Shown here piece after piece: positions 36,468-49,300 of a stretch of DNA of 64,000 nt. The first letter of the stretch is position 1. Each line of letters opens with the position of its first letter. Position numbers and translations under genes: made by a program. The notes beneath the pieces are model-generated. The model worked only from the letters and a program-made list of their open reading frames with translations. It was not told the origin of the DNA and did no database searches. This DNA comes from Zygnema circumcarinatum SAG 698-1b (lineage: Eukaryota > Plantae > Zygnematophyceae). The stretch covers positions 1,116,001-1,180,000 of the forward strand of contig CM074813.1 in NCBI GenBank assembly GCA_037447605.1, read 5' to 3'.

Positions 36468-38791
36468 AGCGAAGCGACGCGATCAGAGGCGATCAACTTA
36501 ATTGAGGGGCCCCGACCGGCAGCGACTGCGCGCGCGGGGCCATCCGCGCCAGAGGCGAGTGACTTTATCGAGGAGCCCCGCCCGGCACCAACTGCAAAGG
36601 GGCGCCAGTGTCCGTTTGCATCTCCCTATAGGCCGGATGTAGAGTGTCACGTCACGGCTCGCTCGCTGCAGATTCTGAGCCTGTTTCTGTTGCCCCGCGC
36701 GGGTAAATTTCGGATGCAGATGGGCTTCACCACTCAGCTTCTAGAATGAACTGCAACGAAAAACAGTTTAAGTTGGCCAAGCAGCTTAGAAAGATTGGAG
36801 TAGATCATTTAACTTAGAAAACAGCATAGAAAAAGGGGTGCAGTTTAGAGTTTTCGCTTTAGGTTTCCCTTCCAACGGCCTCCTTGAGGTCTGCTGATGC
36901 AGCTGTAGGCTCCTCCCCTTGTGGAGTGTCCCTTAGTCATCACTTGTAAACTCATCTCATTATCAATACCTTCTTCGGAACTCTGTTTCCATGCTGAAAT
37001 TCGTCTGAATTCTGAGGTGAAAACTGCAGTGGAATGCTTGGTGATAGCGAGATGTAAGTTTGTCTTGTGGTCAGTTTGCACGGTATTTAGACTCAATACG
37101 AATCTGCCACTCTGCAAGTCTATGTCCCTTTGTTTCACTCAAGAGCCATTCAATCAGCTGCGCCACAGAATAACATGCAGAACTTTGACACTGAAAATTG
37201 AAAGGTTTGCCTTCGATTATAAAAAGAGTGATTACAATAATAGCAGGGTGGAAAATTTCATTGAACAACAAGTTTTCATTACAATAATGGTTTCTCTGGC
37301 GGCCACCTCTCTCTAAACACAATCAGAATCCACATCACCGTCAGTTGCATCCGTACACACCCTGTACGGTAACTTCTAGCCTCCTATTTTTTTCGGAAAA
37401 TGATACAGGCGCCCCACTTTTTGGATATCTGCGCCCCCTTTCGGGAAAATTTGTACTTTCATTTTGGCTAATCACGCGCCCCCCTTGGATCTTTCGGGAG
37501 GAGAGATCTTGTCGACAATCGGACCCCGCGCCTCGCGCGCAGGATCCGACCGTGCACCGACGTACGGCGCCGCGCCGCGATTGTCTGCAGTAAGCAGTCC
37601 TCATATTTTCGCCATCGGGGCGAATTTCTTGGGGACGCACTGTACAGGGTGGAAAATATGACTCCTTACTGTAGGCAATCGCGGCGCGGCGCCGTACGTC
37701 GGTGCACGGTCGGATCCTGCGCGCGAGGCGCGGGGTCCGATTGTCGACAAGATCTCTCCTCCCGAAAGATCCAAGGGGGGCGCGTGATTAGCCAAAATGA
37801 AAGTACAAATTTTCCCGAAAGGGGGCGCAGATATCCAAAAAGTGGGGCGCCTGTATCATTTTCCGAAAAAAATAGGAGGCTAGAAGTTACCGTACAGGGT
37901 GTGTACGGATGCAACTGACGGTGATGTGGATTCTGATTGTGTTTAGAGAGAGGTGGCCGCCAGAGAAACCATTATTGTAATGAAAACTTGTTGTTCAATG
38001 AAATTTTCCACCCTGCTATTATTGTAATCACTCTTTTTATAATCGAAGGCAAACCTTTCAATTTTCAGTGTCAAAGTTCTGCATGTTATTCTGTGGCGCA
38101 GCTGATTGAATGGCTCTTGAGTGAAACAAAGGGACATAGACTTGCAGAGTGGCAGATTCGTATTGAGTCTAAATACCGTGCAAACTGACCACAAGACAAA
38201 CTTACATCTCGCTATCACCAAGCATTCCACTGCAGTTTTCACCTCAGAATTCAGACGAATTTCAGCATGGAAACAGAGTTCCGAAGAAGGTATTGATAAT
38301 GAGATGAGTTTACAAGTGATGACTAAGGGACACTCCACAAGGGGAGGAGCCTACAGCTGCATCAGCAGACCTCAAGGAGGCCGTTGGAAGGGAAACCTAA
38401 AGCGAAAACTCTAAACTGCACCCCTTTTTCTATGCTGTTTTCTAAGTTAAATGATCTACTCCAATCTTTCTAAGCTGCTTGGCCAACTTAAACTGTTTTT
38501 CGTTGCAGTTCATTCTAGAAGCTGAGTGGTGAAGCCCATCTGCATCCGAAATTTACCCGCGCGGGGCAACAGAAACAGGCTCAGAATCTGCAGCGAGCGA
38601 GCCGTGACGTGACACTCTACATCCGGCCTATAGGGAGATGCAAACGGACACTGGCGCCCCTTTGCAGTTGGTGCCGGGCGGGGCTCCTCGATAAAGTCAC
38701 TCGCCTCTGGCGCGGATGGCCCCGCGCGCGCAGTCGCTGCCGGTCGGGGCCCCTCAATTAAGTTGATCGCCTCTGATCGCGTCGCTTCGCT
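36468..38791. repeat. 2.3-kb palindrome: arms 36468-37583 and 37676-38791 with a 92-bp loop, ending at the N gap; probably an assembly fold-back
   Basis: Mirror-identical ORFs in the track (36845..37138- equals 38121..38414+; 36921..37316+ equals 37943..38338-), and spot-checked ends are symmetric about 37629.5. Confidence 0.9.
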
Positions 38792-38884
38792 NNNNNNNNN
38801 NCGTGATTAGCCGAAATGAAAGTACAGTTTTTTCCCGAAAGGGGGCGCGGATATCCAAAAAGTGGGGCGCCTGTATCATTTTCC
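37395..38884. mobile_element. MULE-like long-TIR MITE; its left end is at 37395 and its true right end at 38884, after the gap
   Basis: Left TIR GGAAAATGATACAGG at 37395 and right TIR ...CCTGTATCATTTTCC ending at 38884. A perfect 9-bp TSD ATTTTTTTC lies at 37386-37394 and 38885-38893; 9-bp TSDs are typical of Mutator. Confidence 0.85.
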
Positions 38885-39560
38885 ATTTTTTTCTGTCCGC
38901 CAATAATAGGGGGAGTCAGACCTTGACCATCGCCCGCGGAATTGAAAGATTTCGCCGGCGGAAAGGTATTGATTTCGATTTCCGAATTCGGATCGGAAAC
39001 CACGGCTCCCCCCGAACCTGTCTGTCACGTCCGTACGGTGGAATAGGTTACAAAAATGGCCCCAAATTTCAGAATTCCGCGCTCCGAAACGGGGGGCCTT
39101 CCGTTTCGAAATTCCAGCTTTCCGCCGATGAGGAATCGTGCCCCGCCTTGTCGCCATGCGCGTCACGCACGGGCGAGCGCCTCTCGCACGTGTGAGGCGC
39201 TCGTGGCGACAAAACGGAGGGCGGCGGGCGGCGGGCGGCGGAGGGAGCGCGGGGGGACGAAAAGGGGGGAGTCAAACCTGGCCCGGAGATACCGAAGGTA
39301 AAATAATTGCTCTCTTGAATTCGCGGCGCCCGAGCCTGTCGAACGTCCACTTTTGGCGGAAAAGGCCTGCCGTACAACGCGGAATTGGCCCGACGGTCGC
39401 GGAATTGGTTTGGCGATGAACAAGGTCTGACTCGCGCGGCTGCTTCCAACCAGACGGGGTCCGCAGTTTGTTGCGAGAAACCAACCCAACCCGGTTCGAG
39501 GCGAGTTTGCGGCTTGCTTCCGCCCTCACGACAAACCGCCCGAACCTACGGGGGAGATCG

Positions 39561-40060
39561 CCCCTGCGGCTGTACGGACCAGCCGCGTCCAGCGTCCTGG
39601 ACGAGAAACGATTTGCGTTGAAAAAGGCCGAGGAACCGGAGAACTCGCCCGCGCGGGCGAAGAAACAACAAACGCAGGATACGACGCACGGCCCTCTAGC
39701 CCATTATTAGGGGCGCTGCGCGCACTTGCCGAATCCTTGTCGCCTTTTGGGGCGGCGTACTGCAGAAGGACCAGATTGTCGGCACAGTTGTTCGTACGCC
39801 TGTCATGTACGGCAGGCCCGCAAAATGACGGAACCGACCGACCTCCCGCTACGCGAGCGGCGCTAGTGCGCCGTACGGAGGGCACAAACGTTCGTACGAA
39901 TGGACACAGTTTCGTACGGACGGCCCACAGCGGTGCCGGCACACCAATGGCGTCGCAGCGGCGGCGACTGGATGCGGTTGATTGCTGTCCGGTCCGTCCA
40001 CCCTTTTCAACGCAAATCGTTTCTCAACCGGGACGCGATTGGTCCGTACAGCCACGGGGT
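39561..40060. mobile_element. Degenerate foldback/MITE-like element in the promoter region of gene B
   Basis: Inverted arms GGCTGTACGGACCA...GAGAAACGATTTGCGTTGAAAA (about 39568-39625) versus TTTTCAACGCAAATCGTTTCTC...TGGTCCGTACAGCC (about 40003-40053). No TSD seen. Confidence 0.6.
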
Positions 40061-40386
40061 ACTGTTTCTGGTGTGGCACGCGCCACAAGAGATATGGTTT
40101 TCAAGCCGACTTTTGGACGATAGCGGGGAGTGGACCGCCGCCGCCGCAGGCGGGAGGGAACGGGGACGGGGACAGGCCGACGGAGCCGCCTCCGTCAGTC
40201 CGTCCGGCCGTCGGGGCGGGCGGGAGGGTAGGGGAGGGGAGGGAGGGGAGGGAGGGAGGGGAGGGAGGGGAGGGAGGGAGGGGAGGGAGGGAGAGAGCGG
40301 AGGGGAGAGAGCGGAGGGGAGAGAGCGGAGGGGAGAGAGCGGAGGGAGCGGAGGGAGCGGAGGGACTGACGGCGGGCGGGCTCGCC

Positions 40387-43300
40387 ATGGTGCAAATGTA
40401 CGGACGGTAGCGCTGGCGGTCTTCTTGGCGGGGAGAGGGGAGTGGGAAGAGGGAAGAGGGGAGAGGGGAGAGGGGAGAGGGGAGAAGGGAGAGGGGAGAG
40501 GGGAGAGGGGAGGGGAGGGGGAGAGAGAGGGATGAGGGGAGAGGGATGAGAGGGATGAGGGGAGAGGGATGAGGGGAGAGGGATGAGGGGAGAGGGATGA
40601 GGGGAGAGGGATGAGGGGAGAGGGATGAGGGGAGAGGGATGAGGGGAGAGGGATGAGGGGAGAGGGATGAGGGGAGAGGGATGAGGGGAGAGGGATGAGG
40701 GGAGAGGGATGAGGGGAGATGGTGGAAAGGCGAGTAGAGATAGGAAGGGAGATGGGAGAGTGAGGAGAAATGCGAGAGGCGAGAAGGAGGAGAGAGAGGC
40801 GAGAAGGAGCGGGGGAGATGAGGGGAGAGGGTAGAGAGGAGAGAGAGGGGCAAGAGGAGAGGGAAATGGGGACTACAAGCAGGGAAATGGGGAGGAGTGA
40901 AGCTAAGAGGGAAGAGGGGAGGGGAGGAGGGCAGAGGGACGTGTGGAAAGACTGAGGGGAGCGAGGCGGAGAGAAAGAGGGAGAAGGAGTGGGAAGGAAA
41001 TGTAGCCTGAGAGAGTGAAAATATAGGAAAGGGTAATGGAACGGGAGCTAACAGGGAGTGCGAGAGAAACGGGAGACCAGGAACGAAAGAATGTTCTTTG
41101 GAGGGAAAAACAAAGCAGATGGAGTTGATTGGAGACGGAATGAGCGGGAACACGCCTCGTAGTGAAAGGAAGGATCAGAGTGGGATTGGTGAAGGACAGA
41201 GGGAAAAGGAGTGGGAAGACAAATAAAAAGGCATGGAGGCATGCGGTTGATGATTCTAGCACACTGTTTAGTCAAAGAGAGACAGTATCGTTCACTAAAC
41301 AAAAAAAAAAAAATAGTGGGGAATGGGAGACAGACTGCATATGCTTCTGCTTGTTCAGTTGGCTGGTTATTTTTCGGCCATATGGAACATGGAGAGGTGG
41401 TCGTGAAAGAGACTACAAGCAGGCAAATGGGGAGGAGTGAAGCTAAATGTAGCATTCTAATTTTTCCGCGTTGCCTTCCTTTCTTTTAGAGAAACCGATA
41501 GCACGGCGTTATATGCTGAACATTGTGCAAAGTCTTTGGGGTTGATGCAGTCGAAGGCCCCTCGGCTCTAGGGCTTTACTCTTGTTCGTCTTTCTCGCCG
41601 GTCTCTCGTTGCTGGCGGATGCAAGGAGTAAGAATTCACAACTTGAGACTCCTCACCTTGAGTTACATTCAAAGCGAGCAAGAAGTTGTAGCTTTAGCAG
41701 GTTGTCTGCACTTTCAACATAATTCTACACGCATTTCATGGGTACGAATATCTTAATATATATCTTAATACTGTATACTTTACTTTTTTTTTTTTTTTCA
41801 TTTTGGTTTCTTTTATTGACATTTTTTCTCCCTTCGATGCTTACTGAATTCCTCGTCCGCAGCTACATTGAGGATATGATTTTTTTTGTCGTTCTAAATG
41901 TACTCCAGTGTCCAGCCTAACAGAAGCCTGCATTCAGACGCTGACCAGCTGAAGGTTTAGTATATTGTACAGTAGCAAATATGCGAGAGACGTACGTTCT
42001 ATGCTTATAGTTGCCTTCACTGTGAAACAAGTTCCATGCCGTATGCGCATTTAGCTGCACAAATCCTTTCAGCCAAAAGGATATCATCCGAGTCCCAGCG
42101 TGAGCCTTCGTTATTCACTTTCCTCTGCATGGCGGCATACCCTTACTTAGGGCTTGGTGAAGCATCTTTCGAAGTTTCACCCAAACATTCTAGACTCCTA
42201 ACAACCACTTATGGCAGGGCCTCGAGCACCTCCACCTCCCTGGTCAAAGGTGAAGCCGTTTCCAACACGCGGATTTCCTCCCCCTCCTTCACCACCATCA
42301 CCACCTCCCCCAACACCTCCTCCTTCACCCCCGCCCCCACCATCTCCTCCACCGCCCCCTTCTCCTCCTCTCCCACCCTCTCCTCCTCCGTCCCCTCCTC
42401 CACCAACACCTCCATCCCCTCCTCCATCCCCTCCTCCCCCTCCGTCACCTCCACACCCACCGCCTCCTCGCCCACCTTCACCCCCTCCACCTCCGCCCTC
42501 ACCACCTCCATCGCCCCCACCATCACCTCCTCCCCCAAGCCCTCCTTCTCCACCTCCTCCCCCAAGCCCTCCCTCTCCACCTCCTCCTCCAAGCCCTCCC
42601 TCCTCCACCTCCTCCCCCAAGCCCTCCTTCTCCACCTCCTCCCCCAAGCCCTCCTTCTCCACCTCCTCCCCCAAGCCCTCCTTCTCCACCTCCTCCCCCA
42701 AGTCCTCCTTCTCCACCTCCTCCCCCAAGCCCTCCCTCTCCACCTCCTCCCCCGAGACCTCCTTCTCCACCTCCTCCCCCAAGCCCTCCCTCTCCACCTC
42801 CTCCTCCAAGCCCTCCCTCTCCACCTCCTCCCCCAAGCCCTCCTTCTCCACCTCCTCCCCCAAGTCCTCCTTCTCCACCTCCTCCCCCAAGCCCTCCCTC
42901 TCCACCTCCTCCCCCGAGACCTCCTTCTCCACCTCCTCCTCCAAGCCCTCCGTCTCCACCTCCTCCCCGAAGCCCTCCTTCTCCACCTCCTCCCCCAAGA
43001 CCGCCTTCTCCACCTCCTCCTCCCAGCCCTCCTTCTCCACCTCCTCCTCCCAGCCCTCCTTCTCCGCCTCCTCCTCCAAGCCCTCCTTCTCCACCTCCTC
43101 CTCCCAGCCCTCCGTCTCCACCTCCTCCCCGAAGCCCTCCCTCTCCACCTCCTCCCCCAAGACCACCTTCTCCACCTCCTCCTCCCAGCCCTCCGTCTCC
43201 ACCTTCTCCCCCAAGCCCTCCTCCACCTCGACCTCCTCGATCCCCTCCTCGATCCCCTCCTCGATCCCCTCCTCGATCCCCTCCTCCCCCAAGACCTCCT

Positions 43301-46300
43301 CCACCTCGACCTCCTCGATCATCTCCTCCCCCACCCTCTCCACCGCCGCAGCGGCCTCCTTCTCCCCCTCCTTCACCTCCCCTGCCACCTCCACTTCCCC
43401 CCCCACGGCCACCACCATCTCCTCCACGAATTTCCACAACACAAGGTGCCCCCTCAACTTCCTTTCTGCTAATGCCGGGAAATTTCTGAACTATTGTCGT
43501 CATCAGCGTACTCCTGTCTAATGCGATACAAAATAGGCGAGAAATGGCATAGTGTATGCTATGTTTTAGTGGTATGGCATGGTTTCTCTGACTGAGGGCT
43601 TTCGTTTGAGGGCTTTTTTTTTTTTTTTTCGGACTGAGGGCTTTTCATTGTGTGGTTTCCGCCCCACCAAAGTTTGGAACCCTCCCATGCTGCCCTCTGC
43701 CAATCGGGGAACCCTCTGGCGGTTTGAAATACAGTGTAGCCTCGATAAAGTGCTTACTACATGGTAAGTTGAATCAAGGATTTACCATGAAGAACGGAGC
43801 ACAGGAAGTTCTCGTACGGTTTAGTCACTCTGTCATTTGTACCGAGTGTAACGGGCCGATGGGGGCAACCTTTCGTACCAAAGGGGAAAACCTAGTGCCG
43901 TAGCTTTCAAGCCATCGTGTTCTTTTTGGTTTAGGAAAGCGAGAGAGCATTATCTTAAGCTAAACTTTCTGAGGTAAGCTTTAATTTATCGAGGTTTTAT
44001 TTCGACAAAAAGTACACCGTTCTTCTATGAGCAGCACATCATCCCGGCGGCCGACGACTCCTTGCGTGACGTACGAATGCTCCAAAAAAATTGCTATCCC
44101 CGATTCTGGCGGTACAGTAGTCTGCCGCGATATTTGCGATAGACTGACGATATACTGATTGCCAGGCCCTTGAAAACACTGGCTACCAGTAATGTGTACA
44201 GATGTGGCTACCAGCAATTCTTTAATCTCCGCCTTCGTTGTTTATGTTGTGCCAGAGGAAATCCTGTTGAAGGTCAAAGCTGCTATTACGACAGACCCCG
44301 CCGGAGTGCTGCGAACATGGTCGCCTGCAACGGCTGCATGCGACGGAGGATGGAGCGGGGTCGATTGTGGCGGCACCGCTCTTGTCCAAACCATGTAGGT
44401 CCGCTTGTGCTCAACGTGTCACAATTTCTCCATGCGGCATAACGAATGACCCGGCTACGAATTGCATATCTGGAATACGTTCTGCTTTGAGGTGATCAGT
44501 GCTTTGGTTGCCCACTGCAGAAAACTCAACAATGTGAATCTGAGGGGAACCCTATCGCCATTCATAGGCGAACTGGTCAGCCTTCAGGAATTGTAAGTAG
44601 AAAGGATGTATCGTAGATTAATGCTGTATGCATAAAGCATTTGGATTCGAGAAGTGGCTTATCTCTGTTGCATTCGCCAAAACTTGATATCGTTATATTT
44701 GCAGCTCAGGTTGACGCTGTCACGTCATCATGGGTTTCCGTTTCACTCATACTTGCAGGAATTTGGCGGGCAACCAGTTTCAGGGCACCATACCAGCTTC
44801 CATTTTCAGCCTTCCCAACCTCAAGATCTTGTAAGAAATAATTTTATGGTAATATGTTATGTGATGTTTAACTTGTGTTTTGTGATGCCATTGGCTCTGT
44901 GCATCACTAATCTATTCAAGCATCCTCGTTTTTGGATAACATTCAATAAAGGCGGACATCTTTACTGCACCATATGTGCAGTGTTCAGTTGGGCATTTAG
45001 AACTTGGGATGGAATGTCAACAAGATATTCCTTGGGAATTGCTACTAATCTTCCTCTTTTGTTGGCCTTCTGCAGAAACTTGGAGGGCAATAATCTGACA
45101 GGCTTTATCTCTACCTTCCTCACAGCATCGATTGCTAGCTTGACGACTCTGCAAGAATTGTATGGCTACTGCTAAGCAATTTTTTCCACTGTATCAATTC
45201 ATCATTATTGATATGAAAGGCTTCAATAATGTGATGCGATCTCACTAGAAGAGATCTCTCTGCCAGACATATCTACTGGAATAAGGGAAAATGCTTCGTA
45301 AGACTTTGGTTGTAGCTTTCTTTGACGTGACATTTGGAAGGTTCTATGGGATTGCAGACGTCTTGGCAAGAATAAGTTTTCTGGTGCTATTCCGGACACA
45401 TTGGGGAACGTAACATCTTTGCGCATACTGTGAGTATTGCTTTGCTTAACCCTTTCAAGTAGCAGGTGCCATGATGGGATTCTCACCGGTCGGATCAATG
45501 AAAAGAGCAGATTAAGGGGGTAGTAGAGGAGTGGAGAGATTGGGGGACTGATGTTTGCCTGAATGAGCCTAAAACAAGATCCTTTTCTGCTGTACTTCAG
45601 AACCTTAGATGGGAACAACTTGACTGGCGAAATTCCGGACTCGCTCGGGAACTTGACCGGCCTCTACAGACTGTATGTCAATCGTGGCCTTTCGCACATT
45701 TTTATTGTATAAAGCGCATTTGAAGTTTTAGCTGCTGCAGAAATATGCCTTGGTAAAGGGAGACACGTTTGAGCCAAGCAGAGTACTTCAGATGTACTCT
45801 ATCTGAATGCTGAGGGAAAAAACGAATTAGTTTTATAAGTAGTTAAAAATCTGTATTTGTTCCTCCTTTTCATTTCTTTTGGTGCAATCCTTCCCAAGGA
45901 CGGCTCTATTTGAAGCTTAGATAGTGTGTGCTATGAAGGCATGCTAACAAATGCATGGGTTGCTTTTCTGGCAGGACTCTGAACAACAATAAACTTACAG
46001 GACTGATTCCGTCGACCTTCAGCCAATTTCAGAGTTTGAGCCAACTGTGCGATATGTGACTCTTAACTTCAGTTGCATGAATGGCCATGAGGGAATTTAC
46101 GTTTGTCGTGAATGCACTTCTTATACTTAAAAATGTTCTGGAGTAAAAGTGAGAAGATAGAACTTTGGAACGCGACAGAGGCGAGAGAGCAGGAAGGAGA
46201 GGGCAGTGTGGATAGGGGAGGGGGAGAGGTAGATCAGGTGTGTGTGTGTGTGTGCGTGTGTGTGAGAGAAAGAGAGAGAGAGAGAGAGGATGCAGGAACT

Positions 46301-49300
46301 TTCTCAAGCAAGCTCAATCCCCGAAGCTTGACTTGTTTCCAAATCACAATAAATGAGAAAATTCTTTGGTCCTTGTATGCAGGGATCTGAGCGATAACCT
46401 CCTCTTCGGCTCTGTTCTGATCCAAATAAATTCACTCATCACTCCCACTATCAATTTTGACTCCAACTATTTGTCCGGATCGCCATTGCTTACAGTCAAT
46501 GGCAACCAGCAATGCGGCAGCTTTTCAAGCAACTGCTTCACCTTTGCTGAGACATGGAACGCTGTTTGCGGCGCCAAGCCATCTCTCCGAGGAGACTGCG
46601 GCAGCTTCTGCAACGCTTCCCAGGCCATGGGGGCATGCGGCGGCCATGGCTTCTGCTCAGGGATCAATGGAGTCTGCACCTGCGATGCGGGATACTCTAA
46701 CCAAGACTCTCCATTCACTTGCATATTTGGTATGTCCCCCTCAAACAGAAATTCTTTACATGAAAATCCTGTCTGATTTTCGGAGACCTTCTTCTCACCT
46801 TTTCCAGACTTTTCCGCCATGAGCAGACCCTTCTTTCATATCTGTTTCCTTCCCCCACTTCCCAGTCCCCCCCCCCCCTTCCCTCCTTTTCCAACCCCAC
46901 ATCTTCATCATCTTCTTCATCTTCCCATCTTCTTCATCCTCTCATCTTCTTCATCCTCCCATCGTCTTCATCTTCCCATCGTCTTCATCTTCCCATCGTC
47001 TTCATCTTCCCATCTTCTTCATCTTCCCATCTTCTTCATCCTCCCATCTTCTTCATCTTCCCATCTTCTTCATCTTCCCATCTTCTTCATCCTCCCATCT
47101 TCTTCATCTTCCTTCCCATCTTCTTCATCTTCCCATCTTCTTCATCTTCTCTTCATCTTCTTCATCCTCCCATCTTCTTCATCTTCTTCATCTTCCCATC
47201 TTCTTCATCTTCCCATCTTCTTCATCTTCCCATCTTCTTCATCTTCCTTCTTCATCCTCCCATCTTCTTCATCTTCCCATCTTCTTCATCTTCCCATCTT
47301 CTTCATCTTCCCATCTTCTTCATCTTCCCATCTTCTTCATCTTCCCATCTTCTTCATCTTCCCATCTTCTTCATCTTCCCATCTTCTTCATCCTCCCATC
47401 TTCTTCATCTTCCCATCTTCTTCATCTTCCCATCTTCTTCATCCTCCCATCTTCTTCATCTTCCCATCTTCTTCATCTTCCCATCTTCTTCATCCTCCCA
47501 TCTTCTTCATCTTCCCATCTTCTTCATACTCCCATCTTCTTCATCTTCCCATCTTCTTCATCTTCCCATCTTCTTAATCCTCCCATCTTCTTCTTTTTTC
47601 CCCCCCTTTTTCCTTCCTCCCACTCGCAGAGGACCGCGGGCTGGGTCTGGAGGAGCCCTCCGCGCCGCGCCTCGCACGTGTGAACGCGTACTTCCGGTAC
47701 GCGAGCGCGGGGTACCTCGCGGGGGACGGCGGGGACTCCGCGTGGCTCGTGGCGACCAGGTGGTCCTGGGAGGGCCGCCGGGCGGTCCCCGCGGTCAGGG
47801 ACCAGGGGACCTGCAGTGAGGACCCGCCCGCCCGCCCGAAATTTCGTCAAGGCTTTTTTTTTTTTTTTCCTCAAAAAAAAGTTAAAAAAAAAGTCGAGAT
47901 GGAGAGTCATGCTTCTGTACAGCTCGGAAGATAGTTTAACGTTGATTGAATCTTTCACTGCTCTGTCGATTGGGCTCAATCTGTAATGGAATTTGAGCAG
48001 AGTGTTTTAGATGTGGGTTTGAAAGGCTATCATCACCGTCGAGAGAAACATCTTCACTGCAAGGATGTGTTTCTGTTCTTCGGACAAGGGAGAGGAGGTG
48101 GAAAGGAGGAGGGGAGGGAGGATGAAGTAGTGCAGAGACGTATGCATGCTAAACGTTGCTGCTCGTTGTGCTGTTCCCCTGTGGTGCATAGACACGTGCT
48201 GGGTATTCGGGCCCATATCCGCCATAGAGAGCGCGGCATACATCGGCGGAGGGGGCCTGCAGGCCGTGCCTGTGCTCGCGGAGCAGCAGGTCATCGACTG
48301 CTCCGCTCTCAGCACCGACTGCACATCAGGAGGCAATCCGTCGGACGCATTTGAATATGCGGAAAATTCGAACCTCATCCCCAACAGCTCCTATGCTGGC
48401 CCTTCAACATGCGCTGCAGGGCAGGTAATTGCATTGTGACAGTCAATCACATCTCTCTCTTTCTCACTCTCTCCCTCTCATTCACTTTCTCTTTCTCTTT
48501 CTCACTCCCGCTCTCTCGGTGCTTTTTTGTAACCAATCCTTTGCTGCTTTCGTTTTCAAGACCGTGTTGCTGTTTTATTGAATGAATCAAATTGAATCAG
48601 TTGCACTTGTTCGCTTGTTTAATGTAACTTTTTTGAATGCAGGCTGGGAGTAGCATACGCATATTGTCATATGAAAGAGTACAAATGAATGGCTGGCTGG
48701 GCCTGTTGTTGGCCCTCCAACAGCAGCCCGCAGTTGTCAGTATTGAAGCGAGCAGCGAGAGTTTCATCAATTACAACCCTCAGATGGTGAGTGTATGATC
48801 TCATGTTAAGATTACATTACATCCTGGTTCAGGGAAAGATCATCGCCAGGGACAGTTTCCGTTAAGTGATACGAATAATAAAAAGCAATTGAGCATGCAT
48901 GCATGTATGCATGCCTGCCTGCATGGGCATGCTGAATTCTAACTAGAGCATGGCCGTGCAGGGCACATATGAGGATGAGGACTGCTTCTCCAATGGAGTC
49001 GACCACGTGGTGGTAGTCGTCGGTTACGACTTAACATCCTCTCCGCCGTATTGGCTCATCCGAAATTCATGGGGTTCAGCCTGGGGAGAGGGCGGCTACA
49101 TGCGCATGAAGATAGCAGGGGGGGACGGGATCTGCGGAATCAATACCCAGCCTGCTCTAATTCCGAACATTCGGCCCAAAAGTAAGTCAAACCTAAAGCG
49201 TTTGTTGTGAATTATGTGACCTTAACAACGCTCTATGCAGGTAAGGCATCATGTATAGTGCTGGTTGCCCTCTCTCTAGAAGCAGTCGAAGCTTGAACCT

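Noticed and set aside
42036-43503. Long alternative-frame and antisense ORFs (LLHLLPQAL, EEVEKEGLG, GGGGEGGL, STSSPKPS)
   Set aside because: They are by-products of the stop-free 27-bp Pro-coding repeat. Only the Pro frame fits the splice phases.
46819-47577. 252-aa ORF of HLLHLPIFFIFPSSSSS repeats
   Set aside because: It is a read-through of the intronic minisatellite. The flanking exons splice cleanly around it in phase 1.
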